Positions 28,151 to 43,629 of a stretch of DNA of 64,000 bases are shown in pieces. Source of the DNA: Auanema rhodensis (taxonomy: Eukaryota > Animalia > Nematoda); NCBI GenBank assembly GCA_964057225.1, contig OZ059896.1, positions 2,542,001-2,606,000 of the forward strand, in the 5' to 3' direction. Position 1 is the first letter of the stretch. The number at the start of each line of letters is the position of its first letter. Both the position numbers and the translations under genes were made by a program. A model generated the notes under the pieces. The model searched no databases, had not been told where the DNA came from, and saw nothing but the letters and a program-made list of their open reading frames with translations.

Positions 28151-31100
28151 TTTTTAGACTAATATGGACATGGAGAATCTAATTTTGAAAACCGCATCTC
28201 TTTATCTTTCACGTGAAGCGAGTTACATACCAAGTGCACATCACGTGTACATTTAATTAGCATAAATTAAAGTTCACGTAAATTTCAAACTCATGGTTAC
28301 CATGCACCAATATCAATAAAAATTTGTTTTTAGACTAATATGGACATGGAGAATCTATTTTTAAAAACCGCATCTCTTTATCTTTCACGTGAAGCGAGTT
28401 ACATACCAAGTGCACATCACGTGTACATTTAATTAGCATAAATTAAAGTTCACGTAAATTTCAAACTCATGGTTACCATGCACCAATATCAATAAAAATT
28501 TGTTTTTAGACTAATATGGACATGGGGAATCTAATTTTGAAAACCGCATCTCTTATCTTCCACGTGAAGCGAGTTACATACCAAGTGCACATCACGTGTA
28601 CATTTAATTAGCATAAATTAAAGTTCACGTAATTTTCAAAGTCATGGTTACCATGAACCAATATCAATGAATATTTGTTTTTAGACTAATATGGACATGG
28701 GGAATCTAATTTTGAAAACCGCATCTATTTATCTTTCACGCGAAGCGAGTTACATACCAAGTGCACATCACGTGTACATTTAATTAGCATAAAGTAAAGT
28801 TCACGTAAATTTCAAACTCATGGTTACCATGCACCAATATCAATAAAAATTTGTTTTTAGACTAATATGGACATGGGGAATCTAATTTTGAAAACCGCAT
28901 CTCTTATCTTCCACGTGAAGCGAGTTACATACCAAGTGCACATCACGTGTACATTTAATTAGCATAAATTAAAGTTCACGTAATTTTCAAAGTCATGGTT
29001 ACCATGAACCAATATCAATGAATATTTGTTTTTAGACTAATATGGACATGGGGAATCTAATTTTGAAAACCGCATCTATTTATCTTTCACGCGAAGCGAG
29101 TTACATACCAAGTGCACATCACGTGTACATTTAATTAGCATAAAGTAAAGTTCACGTAAATTTCAAACTCATGGTTACCATGCACCAATATCAATAAAAT
29201 TTTGTTTTTAGACTAATATGGACATGGGGAATCTAATTTTGAAAACCGCATCTCTTTATCTTTCACGTGAAGCGAGTTACATACCAAGTGCACATCACGT
29301 GTACATTTAATTAGCATAAATTAAAGTTCACGTAAATTTCAAACTCATGGTTACCATGCACCAATATCAATAAAAATTTGTTTTTAGACTAATATGGACA
29401 TGGGGAATCTAATTTTGAAAAACGCATCTCTTTATCTTTCACGTGAAGCGAGTTACATACCAAGTGCACATCACGTGTACATTTAATTAGCATAAATTAA
29501 AGTTCACGTAAAATTCAAAGTCATGGTTACCATGCACCAATATCAATAAAATTTTGTTTTTAGACTAATATGGACATGGGGAATCTAATTTTGAAAACCG
29601 CATCTTTTTATCTTTCACGTGAAGCGAGTTACATACCAAGTGCACATCACGTGTACATTTAATTAGCATAAATTAAAGTTCACGTAAATTTCAAAGTCAT
29701 GGTTACCATGCACCAATATCAATAAAATTTTGTTTTTAGACTAATATGGACATGGGGAATCTAATTTTGAAAACCGCATCTCTTTATCTTTCACGTGAAG
29801 CGAGTTACATACCAAGTGCACATCACGTGTACATTTAATTAGCATAAATTAAAGTTCACGTAAATTTCAAACTCATGGTTACCATGCACCAATATCAATA
29901 AAAATTTGTTTTTAGACTAATATGGACATGGAGAATCTAATTTTGAAAACCGCATCTCTTTATCTTTCACGTGAAGCGAGTTACATACCAAGTGCACATC
30001 ACGTGTACATTTAATTAGCATAAATTAAAGTTCACGTAAATTTCAAACTCATGGTTACCATGCACCAATATCAATAAAAATTTGTTTTTAGACTAATATG
30101 GACATGGAGAATCTATTTTTAAAAACCGCATCTCTTTATCTTTCACGTGAAGCGAGTTACATACCAAGTGCACATCACGTGTACATTTAATTAGCATAAA
30201 TTAAAGTTCACGTAAATTTCAAACTCATGGTTACCATGCACCAATATCAATAAAAATTTGTTTTTAGACTAATATGGACATGGGGAATCTAATTTTGAAA
30301 ACCGCATCTCTTATCTTCCACGTGAAGCGAGTTACATACCAAGTGCACATCACGTGTACATTTAATTAGCATAAATTAAAGTTCACGTAATTTTCAAAGT
30401 CATGGTTACCATGAACCAATATCAATGAATATTTGTTTTTAGACTAATATGGACATGGGGAATCTAATTTTGAAAACCGCATCTATTTATCTTTCACGCG
30501 AAGCGAGTTACATACCAAGTGCACATCACGTGTACATTTAATTAGCATAAAGTAAAGTTCACGTAAATTTCAAACTCATGGTTACCATGCACCAATATCA
30601 ATAAAAATTTGTTTTTAGACTAATATGGACATGGGGAATCTAATTTTGAAAAACGCATCTCTTTATCTTTCACGTGAAGCGAGTTACATACCAAGTGCAC
30701 ATCACGTGTACATTTAATTAGCATAAATTAAAGTTCACGTAAATTTCAAACTCATGGTTACCATGCACCAATATCAATAAAAATTTGTTTTTAGACTAAT
30801 ATGGACATGGGGAATCTAATTTTGAAAACCGCATCTCTTATCTTCCACGTGAAGCGAGTTACATACCAAGTGCACATCACGTGTACATTTAATTAGCATA
30901 AATTAAAGTTCACGTAATTTTCAAAGTCATGGTTACCATGAACCAATATCAATGAATATTTGTTTTTAGACTAATATGGACATGGGGAATCTAATTTTGA
31001 AAACCGCATCTATTTATCTTTCACGCGAAGCGAGTTACATACCAAATGCACATCACGTGTACATTTAATTAGCATAAAGTAAAGCTCACGTAAATTTCAA

Positions 31101-32369
31101 ACTCATGGTTACCATGCACCAATATCAATAAAAATTTGTTTTTAGACTGATATGGACATGGGGAATCTAATTTTGAAAAACGCATCTCTTTATCTTTCAC
31201 GTGAAGCGAGTTACATACCAAGTGCACATCACGTGTACATTTAATTAGCATAAATTAAAGTTCACGTAAATTTCAAAGTCATGGTTACCATGCACCAATA
31301 TCAATAAAATTTTGTTTTTAGACTAATATGGACATGGGGAATCTAAATTTGAAAACCGCATCTCTTTATCTTTCACGTGAAGCGAGTTACATACCAAGTG
31401 CACATCACGTGTACATTTAATTAGCATAAATTAAAGTTCACGTAAATTTCAAACTCATGGTTACCATGCACCAATATCAATAAAATTTTGTTTTTAGACT
31501 AATATGGACATGGGGAATCTAATTTTGAAAACCGCATCTTTTTATCTTTCACGTGAAGCGAGTTACATACCAAGTGCACATCACGTGTACATTTAATTAG
31601 CATAAATTAAAGTTCACGTAAAATTCAAAGTCATGGTTACCATGCACCAATATCAATAAAAATTTGTTTTCAAACTAATATGGACATGGGGATTCTAATT
31701 TTGAAAACCGCATCTCTTTATCTTTCACGTGAAGCGAGTTACATACCAAGTGCACATCACGTGTACATTTAATTAGCATAAATTAAAGTTCACGTAAAAT
31801 TCAAAGTCATGGTTACCATGCACCAATATCAATAAAATTTTGTTTTTAGACTAATATGGACATGGGGAATCTAATTTTGAAAACCGCATCTTTTTATCTT
31901 TCACGTGAAGCGAGTTACATACCAAGTGCACATCACGTGTACATTTAATTAGCATAAATTAAAGTTCACGTAAATTTCAAAGTCATGGTTACCATGCACC
32001 AATATCAATAAAAATTTGTTTTTAGACTGATATGGACATGGGGAATCTAATTTTGAAAAACGCATCTCTTTATCTTTCACGTGAAGCGAGTTACATACCA
32101 AGTGCACATCACGTGTACATTTAATTAGCATAAATTAAAGTTCACGTAAATTTCAAACTCATGGTTACCATGCACCAATATCAATAAAATTTTGTTTTTA
32201 GACTAATATGGACATGGGGAATCTAATTTTGAAAACCGCATCTTTTTATCTTTCACGTGAAGCGAGTTACATACCAAGTGCACATCACGTGTACATTTAA
32301 TTAGCATAAATTAAAGTTCACGTAAAATTCAAAGTCATGGTTACCATGCACCAATATCAATAAAAATTT

Positions 32370-35300
32370 GTTTTCAAACTAATATGGACATGGGGATTCT
32401 AATTTTGAAAACCGCATCTCTTTATCTTTCACGTGAAGCGAGTTACATACCAAGTGCACATCACGTGTACATTTAATTAGCATAAATTAAAGTTCACGTA
32501 AAATTCAAAGTCATGGTTACCATGCACCAATATCAATAAAATTTTGTTTTTAGACTAATATGGACATGGGGAATCTAATTTTGAAAACCGCATCTTTTTA
32601 TCTTTCACGTGAAGCGAGTTACATACCAAGTGCACATCACGTGTACATTAAATTAGCATAAATTAAAGTTCACGTAAATTTCAAAGTCATGGTTACCATG
32701 CACCAATATCAATAAAATTTTGTTTTTAGACTAATATGGACATGGGGAATCTAATTTTGAAAACCGCATCTCTTTATCTTTCACGTGAAGCGAGTTACAT
32801 ACCAAGTGCACATCACGTGTACATTTAATTAGCATAAATTAAAGTTCACGTAAATTTCAAACTCATGGTTACCATGCACCAATATCAATAAAAATTTGTT
32901 TTTAGACTAATATGGACATGGGGAATCTAATTTTGAAAACCGCATCTCTTATCTTCCACGTGAAGCGAGTTACATACCAAGTGCACATCACGTGTACATT
33001 TAATTAGCATAAATTAAAGTTCACGTAATTTTCAAAGTCATGGTTACCATGAACCAATATCAATGAATATTTGTTTTTAGACTAATATGGACATGGGGAA
33101 TCTAATTTTGAAAACCGCATCTATTTATCTTTCACGCGAAGCGAGTTACATACCAAGTGCACATCACGTGTACATTTAATTAGCATAAAGTAAAGTTCAC
33201 GTAAATTTCAAACTCATGGTTACCATGCACCAATATCAATAAAAATTTGTTTTTAGACTAATATGGACATGGGGAATCTAATTTTGAAAAACGCATCTCT
33301 TTATCTTTCACGTGAAGCGAGTTACATACCAAGTGCACATCACGTGTACATTTAATTAGCATAAATTAAAGTTCACGTAAATTTCAAAGTCATGGTTACC
33401 ATGCACCAATATCAATACAATTTTGTTTTTAGACTAATATGGTCATGGGGAATCTAATTTTGAAAACCGCATCTCTTTATCTTTCACGTGAAGCGAGTTA
33501 CATACCAAGTGCACATCACGTGTACATTTAATTAGCATAAATTAAAGTTCACGTAAATTTCAAACTCATGGTTACCATGCACCAATATCAATAAAATTTT
33601 GTTTTTAGACTAATATGGACATGGGGAATCTAATTTTGAAAACCGCATCTCTTTATCTTTCACGTGAAGCGAGTCACATACCAAGTGCACATCACGTGTA
33701 CATTTAATTAGCATAAATTAAAGTTCACGTAAATTTCAAAGTCATGGTTACCATGCACCAATATCAATAAAAATTTGTTTTTAGACTAATATGGACATGG
33801 AGAATCCATTTTTAAAAACCGCATCTCTTTATCTTCCACGTGAAGCGAGTTACATACCAAGTGCACATCACGTGTACATTTAAATAGCATAAATTAAAGT
33901 TCACGTAAATTTCAAACTCATGGTTACCATGCACCAATATCAATAAAAATTTGTTTTCAAACTAATATGGACATGGGGATTCTAATTTTGAAAACCGCAT
34001 CTCTTTATCTTTCACGTGAAGCGAGTTACATACCAAGTGCACATCACGTGTACATTTAATTAGCATAAATTAAAGTTCACGTAAAATTCAAAGTCATGGT
34101 TACCATGCACCAATATCAATAAAATTTTGTTTTTAGACTAATATGGACATGGGGAATCTAATTTTGAAAACCGCATCTCTTTATCTTTCACGTGAAGCGA
34201 GTTACATACCAAGTGCACATCACGTGTACATTTAATTAGCATAAATTAAAGTTCACGTAAATTTCAAAGTCATGGTTACCATGCACCAATATCAATAAAA
34301 TTTTGTTTTTAGACTAATATGGACATGGGGAATCTAATTTTGAAAACCGCATCTCTTTATCTTTCACGTGAAGCGAGTTACATACCAAGTGCACATCACG
34401 TGTACATTTAATTAGCATAAATTAAAGTTCACGTAAATTTCAAACTCATGGTTACCATGCACCAATATCAATAAAAATTTGTTTTTAGACTAATATGGAC
34501 ATGGGGAATCTAATTTTGAAAACCGCATCTCTTATCTTCCACGTGAAGCGAGTTACATACCAAGTGCACATCACGTGTACATTTAATTAGCATAAATTAA
34601 AGTTCACGTAATTTTCAAAGTCATGGTTACCATGAACCAATATCAATGAATATTTGTTTTTAGACTAATATGGACATGGGGAATCTAATTTTGAAAACCG
34701 CATCTATTTATCTTTCACGCGAAGCGAGTTACATACCAAGTGCACATCACGTGTACATTTAATTAGCATAAAGTAAAGTTCACGTAAATTTCAAACTCAT
34801 GGTTACCATGCACCAATATCAATAAAAATTTGTTTTTAGACTAATATGGACATGGGGAATCTAATTTTGAAAAACGCATCTCTTTATCTTTCACGTGAAG
34901 CAAGTTACATACCAAGTGCACATCACGTGTACATTTAATTAGCATAAATTAAAGTTCACGTAAATTTCAAAGTCATGGTTACCATGCACCAATATCAATA
35001 CAATTTTGTTTTTAGACTAATATGGTCATGGGGAATCTAATTTTGAAAACCGCATCTCTTTATCTTTCACGTGAAGCGAGTTACATACCAAGTGCACATC
35101 ACGTGTACATTTAATTAGCATAAATTAAAGTTCACGTAAATTTCAAACTCATGGTTACCATGCACCAATATCAATAAAATTTTGTTTTTAGACTAATATG
35201 GACATGGGGAATCTAATTTTGAAAACCGCATCTCTTTATCTTTCACGTGAAGCGAGTCACATACCAAGTGCACATCACGTGTACATTTAATTAGCATAAA

Positions 35301-35900
35301 TTAAAGTTCACGTAAATTTCAAAGTCATGGTTACCATGCACCAATATCAATAAAAATTTGTTTTTAGACTAATATGGACATGGAGAATCCATTTTTAAAA
35401 ACCGCATCTCTTTATCTTCCACGTGAAGCGAGTTACATACCAAGTGCACATCACGTGTACATTTAATTAGCATAAATTAAAGTTCACGTAAATTTCAAAC
35501 TCATGGTTACCATGCACCAATATCAATAAAAATTTGTTTTCAAACTAATATGGACATGGGGATTCTAATTTTGAAAACCGCATCTCTTTATCTTTCACGT
35601 GAAGCGAGTTACATACCAAGTGCACATCACGTGTACATTTAATTAGCATAAATTAAAGTTCACGTAAAATTCAAAGTCATGGTTACCATGCACCAATATC
35701 AATAAAATTTTGTTTTTAGACTAATATGGACATGGGGAATCTAATTTTGAAAACCGCATCTTTTTATCTTTCACGTGAAGCGAGTTACATACCAAGTGCA
35801 CATCACGTGTACATTTAATTAGCATAAATTAAAGTTCACGTAAATTTCAAAGTCATGGTTACCATGCACCAATATCAATAAAATTTTGTTTTTAGACTAA
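32370..35900. repeat. Second run of the same 9-monomer higher-order repeat (1583 bp)
   Basis: ggtcatgg at 33441/35024 and the deletion monomer at 32945/34528, with the same monomer order as at 24.3-28.1 kb. Ends are approximate. Confidence 0.85.
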
Positions 35901-38900
35901 TATGGACATGGAGAATCTAATTTTGAAAACCGCATCTCTTTATCTTTCACGTGAAGCGAGTTACATACCAAGTGCACATCACGTGTACATTTAATTAGCA
36001 TAAATTAAAGTTCACGTAAATTTCAAACTCATGGTTACCATGCACCAATATCAATAAAAATTTGTTTTTAGACTAATATGGACATGGAGAATCTATTTTT
36101 AAAAACCGCATCTCTTTATCTTTCACGTGAAGCGAGTTACATACCAAGTGCACATCACGTGTACATTTAATTAGCATAAATTAAAGTTCACGTAAATTTC
36201 AAACTCATGGTTACCATGCACCAATATCAATAAAAATTTGTTTTTAGACTAATATGGACATGGGGAATCTAATTTTGAAAACCGCATCTCTTATCTTCCA
36301 CGTGAAGCGAGTTACATACCAAGTGCACATCACGTGTACATTTAATTAGCATAAATTAAAGTTCACGTAATTTTCAAAGTCATGGTTACCATGAACCAAT
36401 ATCAATGAATATTTGTTTTTAGACTAATATGGACATGGGGAATCTAATTTTGAAAACCGCATCTATTTATCTTTCACGCGAAGCGAGTTACATACCAAGT
36501 GCACATCACGTGTACATTTAATTAGCATAAAGTAAAGTTCACGTAAATTTCAAACTCATGGTTACCATGCACCAATATCAATAAAAATTTGTTTTTAGAC
36601 TAATATGGACATGGGGAATCTAATTTTGAAAAACGCATCTCTTTATCTTTCACGTGAAGCGAGTTACATACCAAGTGCACATCACGTGTACATTTAATTA
36701 GCATAAATTAAAGTTCACGTAAATTTCAAACTCATGGTTACCATGCACCAATATCAATAAAAATTTGTTTTTAGACTAATATGGACATGGGGAATCTAAT
36801 TTTGAAAACCGCATCTCTTATCTTCCACGTGAAGCGAGTTACATACCAAGTGCACATCACGTGTACAATTAATTAGCATAAATTAAAGTTCACGTAATTT
36901 TCAAAGTCATGGTTACCATGAACCAATATCAATGAATATTTGTTTTTAGACTAATATGGACATGGGGAATCTAATTTTGAAAACCGCATCTATTTATCTT
37001 TCACGCGAAGCGAGTTACATACCAAGTGCACATCACGTGTACATTTAATTAGCATAAAGTAAAGTTCACGTAAATTTCAAACTCATGGTTACCATGCACC
37101 AATATCAATAAAATTTTGTTTTTAGACTAATATGGACATGGGGAATCTAATTTTGAAAACCGCATCTCTTTATCTTTCACGTGAAGCGAGTTACATACCA
37201 AGTGCACATCACGTGTACATTTAATTAGCATAAATTAAAGTTCACGTAAATTTCAAACTCATGGTTACCATGCACCAATATCAATAAAAATTTGTTTTTA
37301 GACTAATATGGACATGGGGAATCTAATTTTGAAAAACGCATCTCTTTATCTTTCACGTGAAGCGAGTTACATACCAAGTGCACATCACGTGTACATTTAA
37401 TTAGCATAAATTAAAGTTCACGTAAAATTCAAAGTCATGGTTACCATGCACCAATATCAATAAAATTTTGTTTTTAGACTAATATGGACATGGGGAATCT
37501 AATTTTGAAAACCGCATCTCTTTATCTTTCACGTGAAGCGAGTTACATACCAAGTGCACATCACGTGTACATTTAATTAGCATAAATTAAAGTTCACGTA
37601 ATTTTCAAAGTCATGGTTACCATGAACCAATATCAATAAAAATTTGTTTTTAGACTAATATGGACATGGGGAATCTAATTTTGAAAACCGCATCTCTTTA
37701 TCTTTCACGTGAAGCGAGTTACATACCAAGTGCACATCACGTGTACATTTAATTAGCATAAATTAAAGTTCACGTAAAATTCAAAGTCATGGTTACCATG
37801 CACCAATATCAATAAAATTTTGTTTTTAGACTAATATGGACATGGGGAATCTAATTTTGAAAACCGCATCTCTTTATCTTTCACGTGAAGCGAGTTACAT
37901 ACCAAGTGCACATCACGTGTACATTTAATTAGCATAAATTAAAGTTCACGTAAATTTCAAAGTCATGGTTACCATGCACCAATATCAATAAAATTTTGTT
38001 TTTAGACTAATATGGACATGGGGAATCTAATTTTGAAAACCGCATCTCTTTATCTTTCACGTGAAGCGAGTTACATACCAAGTGCACATCACGTGTACAT
38101 TTAATTAGCATAAATTAAAGTTCACGTAAATTTCAAACTCATGGTTACCATGCACCAATATCAATAAAAATTTGTTTTTAGACTAATATGGACATGGGGA
38201 ATCTAATTTTGAAAACCGCATCTCTTATCTTCCACGTGAAGCGAGTTACATACCAAGTGCACATCACGTGTACATTTAATTAGCATAAATTAAAGTTCAC
38301 GTAATTTTCAAAGTCATGGTTACCATGAACCAATATCAATGAATATTTGTTTTTAGACTAATATGGACATGGGGAATCTAATTTTGAAAACCGCATCTAT
38401 TTATCTTTCACGCGAAGCGAGTTACATACCAAGTGCACATCACGTGTACATTTAATTAGCATAAAGTAAAGTTCACGTAAATTTCAAACTCATGGTTACC
38501 ATGCACCAATATCAATAAAAATTTGTTTTTAGACTAATATGGACATGGGGAATCTAATTTTGAAAAACGCATCTCTTTATCTTTCACGTGAAGCAAGTTA
38601 CATACCAAGTGCACATCACGTGTACATTTAATTAGCATAAATTAAAGTTCACGTAAATTTCAAAGTCATGGTTACCATGCACCAATATCAATACAATTTT
38701 GTTTTTAGACTAATATGGTCATGGGGAATCTAATTTTGAAAACCGCATCTCTTTATCTTTCACGTGAAGCGAGTTACATACCAAGTGCACATCACGTGTA
38801 CATTTAATTAGCATAAATTAAAGTTCACGTAAATTTCAAACTCATGGTTACCATGCACCAATATCAATAAAATTTTGTTTTTAGACTAATATGGACATGG

Positions 38901-41900
38901 GGAATCTAATTTTGAAAACCGCATCTCTTTATCTTTCACGTGAAGCGAGTCACATACCAAGTGCACATCACGTGTACATTTAATTAGCATAAATTAAAGT
39001 TCACGTAAATTTCAAAGTCATGGTTACCATGCACCAATATCAATAAAAATTTGTTTTTAGACTAATATGGACATGGGGAATCTAATTTTGAAAACCGCAT
39101 CTCTTTATCTTTCACGTGAAGCGAGTTACATACCAAGTGCACATCACGTGTACATTTAATTAGCATAAATTAAAGTTCACGTAAATTTCAAAGTCATGGT
39201 TACCATGCACCAATATCAATAAAATTTTGTTTTTAGACTAATATGGACATGGGGAATCTAATTTTGAAAACCGCATCTCTTTATCTTTCACGTGAAGCGA
39301 GTTACATACCAAGTGCACATCACGTGTACATTTAATTAGCATAAATTAAAGTTCACGTAAATTTCAAACTCATGGTTACCATGCACCAATATCAATAAAA
39401 ATTTGTTTTTAGACTAATATGGACATGGGGAATCTAATTTTGAAAACCGCATCTCTTATCTTCCACGTGAAGCGAGTTACATACCAAGTGCACATCACGT
39501 GTACATTTAATTAGCATAAATTAAAGTTCACGTAATTTTCAAAGTCATGGTTACCATGAACCAATATCAATGAATATTTGTTTTTAGACTAATATGGACA
39601 TGGGGAATCTAATTTTGAAAACCGCATCTATTTATCTTTCACGCGAAGCGAGTTACATACCAAGTGCACATCACGTGTACATTTAATTAGCATAAAGTAA
39701 AGTTCACGTAAATTTCAAACTCATGGTTACCATGCACCAATATCAATAAAAATTTGTTTTTAGACTAATATGGACATGGGGAATCTAATTTTGAAAAACG
39801 CATCTCTTTATCTTTCACGTGAAGCAAGTTACATACCAAGTGCACATCACGTGTACATTTAATTAGCATAAATTAAAGTTCACGTAAATTTCAAAGTCAT
39901 GGTTACCATGCACCAATATCAATACAATTTTGTTTTTAGACTAATATGGTCATGGGGAATCTAATTTTGAAAACCGCATCTCTTTATCTTTCACGTGAAG
40001 CGAGTTACATACCAAGTGCACATCACGTGTACATTTAATTAGCATAAATTAAAGTTCACGTAAATTTCAAACTCATGGTTACCATGCACCAATATCAATA
40101 AAATTTTGTTTTTAGACTAATATGGACATGGGGAATCTAATTTTGAAAACCGCATCTCTTTATCTTTCACGTGAAGCGAGTCACATACCAAGTGCACATC
40201 ACGTGTACATTTAATTAGCATAAATTAAAGTTCACGTAAATTTCAAAGTCATGGTTACCATGCACCAATATCAATAAAAATTTGTTTTTAGACTAATATG
40301 GACATGGAGAATCCATTTTTAAAAACCGCATCTCTTTATCTTCCACGTGAAGCGAGTTACATACCAAGTGCACATCACGTGTACATTTAATTAGCATAAA
40401 TTAAAGTTCACGTAAATTTCAAACTCATGGTTACCATGCACCAATATCAATAAAAATTTGTTTTCAAACTAATATGGACATGGGGAATCTAATTTTGAAA
40501 ACCGCATCTCTTTATCTTTCACGTGAAGCGAGTCACATACCAAGTGCACATCACGTGTACATTTAATTAGCATAAATTAAAGTTCACGTAAATTTCAAAG
40601 TCATGGTTACCATGCACCAATATCAATAAAAATTTGTTTTTAGACTAATATGGACATGGAGAATCCATTTTTAAAAACCGCATCTCTTTATCTTCCACGT
40701 GAAGCGAGTTACATACCAAGTGCACATCACGTGTACATTTAATTAGCATAAATTAAAGTTCACGTAAATTTCAAACTCATGGTTACCATGCACCAATATC
40801 AATAAAAATTTGTTTTCAAACTAATATGGACATGGGGATTCTAATTTTGAAAACCGCATCTCTTTATCTTTCACGTGAAGCGAGTTACATACCAAGTGCA
40901 CATCACGTGTACATTTAATTAGCATAAATTAAAGTTCACGTAAAATTCAAAGTCATGGTTACCATGCACCAATATCAATAAAATTTTGTTTTTAGACTAA
41001 TATGGACATGGGGAATCTAATTTTGAAAACCGCATCTTTTTATCTTTCACGTGAAGCGAGTTACATACCAAGTGCACATCACGTGTACATTTAATTAGCA
41101 TAAATTAAAGTTCACGTAAATTTCAAAGTCATGGTTACCATGCACCAATATCAATAAAATTTTGTTTTTAGACTAATATGGACATGGAGAATCTAATTTT
41201 GAAAACCGCATCTCTTTATCTTTCACGTGAAGCGAGTTACATACCAAGTGCACATCACGTGTACATTTAATTAGCATAAATTAAAGTTCACGTAAATTTC
41301 AAACTCATGGTTACCATGCACCAATATCAATAAAAATTTGTTTTTAGACTAATATGGACATGGAGAATCTATTTTTAAAAACCGCATCTCTTTATCTTTC
41401 ACGTGAAGCGAGTTACATACCAAGTGCACATCACGTGTACATTTAATTAGCATAAATTAAAGTTCACGTAAATTTCAAACTCATGGTTACCATGCACCAA
41501 TATCAATAAAAATTTGTTTTTAGACTAATATGGACATGGGGAATCTAATTTTGAAAACCGCATCTCTTATCTTCCACGTGAAGCGAGTTACATACCAAGT
41601 GCACATCACGTGTACATTTAATTAGCATAAATTAAAGTTCACGTAATTTTCAAAGTCATGGTTACCATGAACAAATATCAATGAATATTTGTTTTTAGAC
41701 TAATATGGACATGGGGAATCTAATTTTGAAAACCGCATCTATTTATCTTTCACGCGAAGCGAGTTACATACCAAGTGCACATCACGTGTACATTTAATTA
41801 GCATAAAGTAAAGTTCACGTAAATTTCAAACTCATGGTTACCATGCACCAATATCAATAAAAATTTGTTTTTAGACTAATATGGACATGGGGAATCTAAT

Positions 41901-43629
41901 TTTGAAAAACGCATCTCTTTATCTTTCACGTGAAGCGAGTTACATACCAAGTGCACATCACGTGTACATTTAATTAGCATAAATTAAAGTTCACGTAAAT
42001 TTCAAACTCATGGTTACCATGCACCAATATCAATAAAAATTTGTTTTTAGACTAATATGGACATGGGGAATCTAATTTTGAAAACCGCATCTCTTATCTT
42101 CCACGTGAAGCGAGTTACATACCAAGTGCACATCACGTGTACAATTAATTAGCATAAATTAAAGTTCACGTAATTTTCAAAGTCATGGTTACCATGCACC
42201 AATATCAATAAAATTTTGTTTTTAGACTAATATGGACATGGGGAATCTAATTTTGAAAACCGCATCTCTTTATCTTTCACGTGAAGCGAGTTACATACCA
42301 AGTGCACATCACGTGTACATTTAATTAGCATAAATTAAAGTTCACGTAAATTTCAAACTCATGGTTACCATGCACCAATATCAATAAAAATTTGTTTTTA
42401 GACTAATATGGACATGGGGAATCTAATTTTGAAAAACGCATCTCTTTATCTTTCACGTGAAGCGAGTTACATACCAAGTGCACATCACGTGTACATTTAA
42501 TTAGCATAAATTAAAGTTCACGTAAAATTCAAAGTCATGGTTACCATGCACCAATATCAATAAAATTTTGTTTTTAGACTAATATGGACATGGGGAATCT
42601 AATTTTGAAAACCGCATCTCTTTATCTTTCACGTGAAGCGAGTTACATACCAAGTGCACATCACGTGTACATTTAATTAGCATAAATTAAAGTTCACGTA
42701 ATTTTCAAAGTCATGGTTACCATGAACCAATATCAATGAATATTTGTTTTTAGACTAATATGGACATGGGGAATCTAATTTTGAAAACCGCATCTATTTA
42801 TCTTTCACGCGAAGCGAGTTACATACCAAGTGCACATCACGTGTACATTTAATTAGCATAAAGTAAAGTTCACGTAAATTTCAAACTCATGGTTACCATG
42901 CACCAATATCAATAAAAATTTGTTTTTAGACTAATATGGACATGGAGAATCTATTTTTAAAAACCGCATCTCTTTATCTTTCACGTGAAGCGAGTTACAT
43001 ACCAAGTGCACATCACGTGTACATTTAATTAGCATAAATTAAAGTTCACGTAATTTTCAAAGTCATGGTTACCATGAACCAATATCAATGAATATTTGTT
43101 TTTAGACTAATATGGACATGGGGAATCTAATTTTGAAAACCGCATCTCTTTATCTTTCACGTGAAGCGAGTTACATACCAAGTGCACATCACGTGTACAT
43201 TTAATTAGCATAAATTAAAGTTCACGTAAATTTCAAACTCATGGTTACCATGCACCAATATCAATAAAAATTTGTTTTTAGACTAATATGGACATGGAGA
43301 ATCTAATTTTGAAAACCGCATCTCTTTATCTTTCACGTGAAGCGAGTTACATACCAAGTGCACATCACGTGTACATTTAATTAGCATAAATTAAAGTTCA
43401 CGTAAATTTCAAACTCATGGTTACCATGCACCAATATCAATAAAAATTTGTTTTTAGACTAATATGGACATGGAGAATCTATTTTTAAAAACCGCATCTC
43501 TTTATCTTTCACGTGAAGCGAGTTACATACCAAGTGCACATCACGTGTACATTTAATTAGCATAAATTAAAGTTCACGTAAATTTCAAACTCATGGTTAC
43601 CATGCACCAATATCAATAAAAATTTGTTT

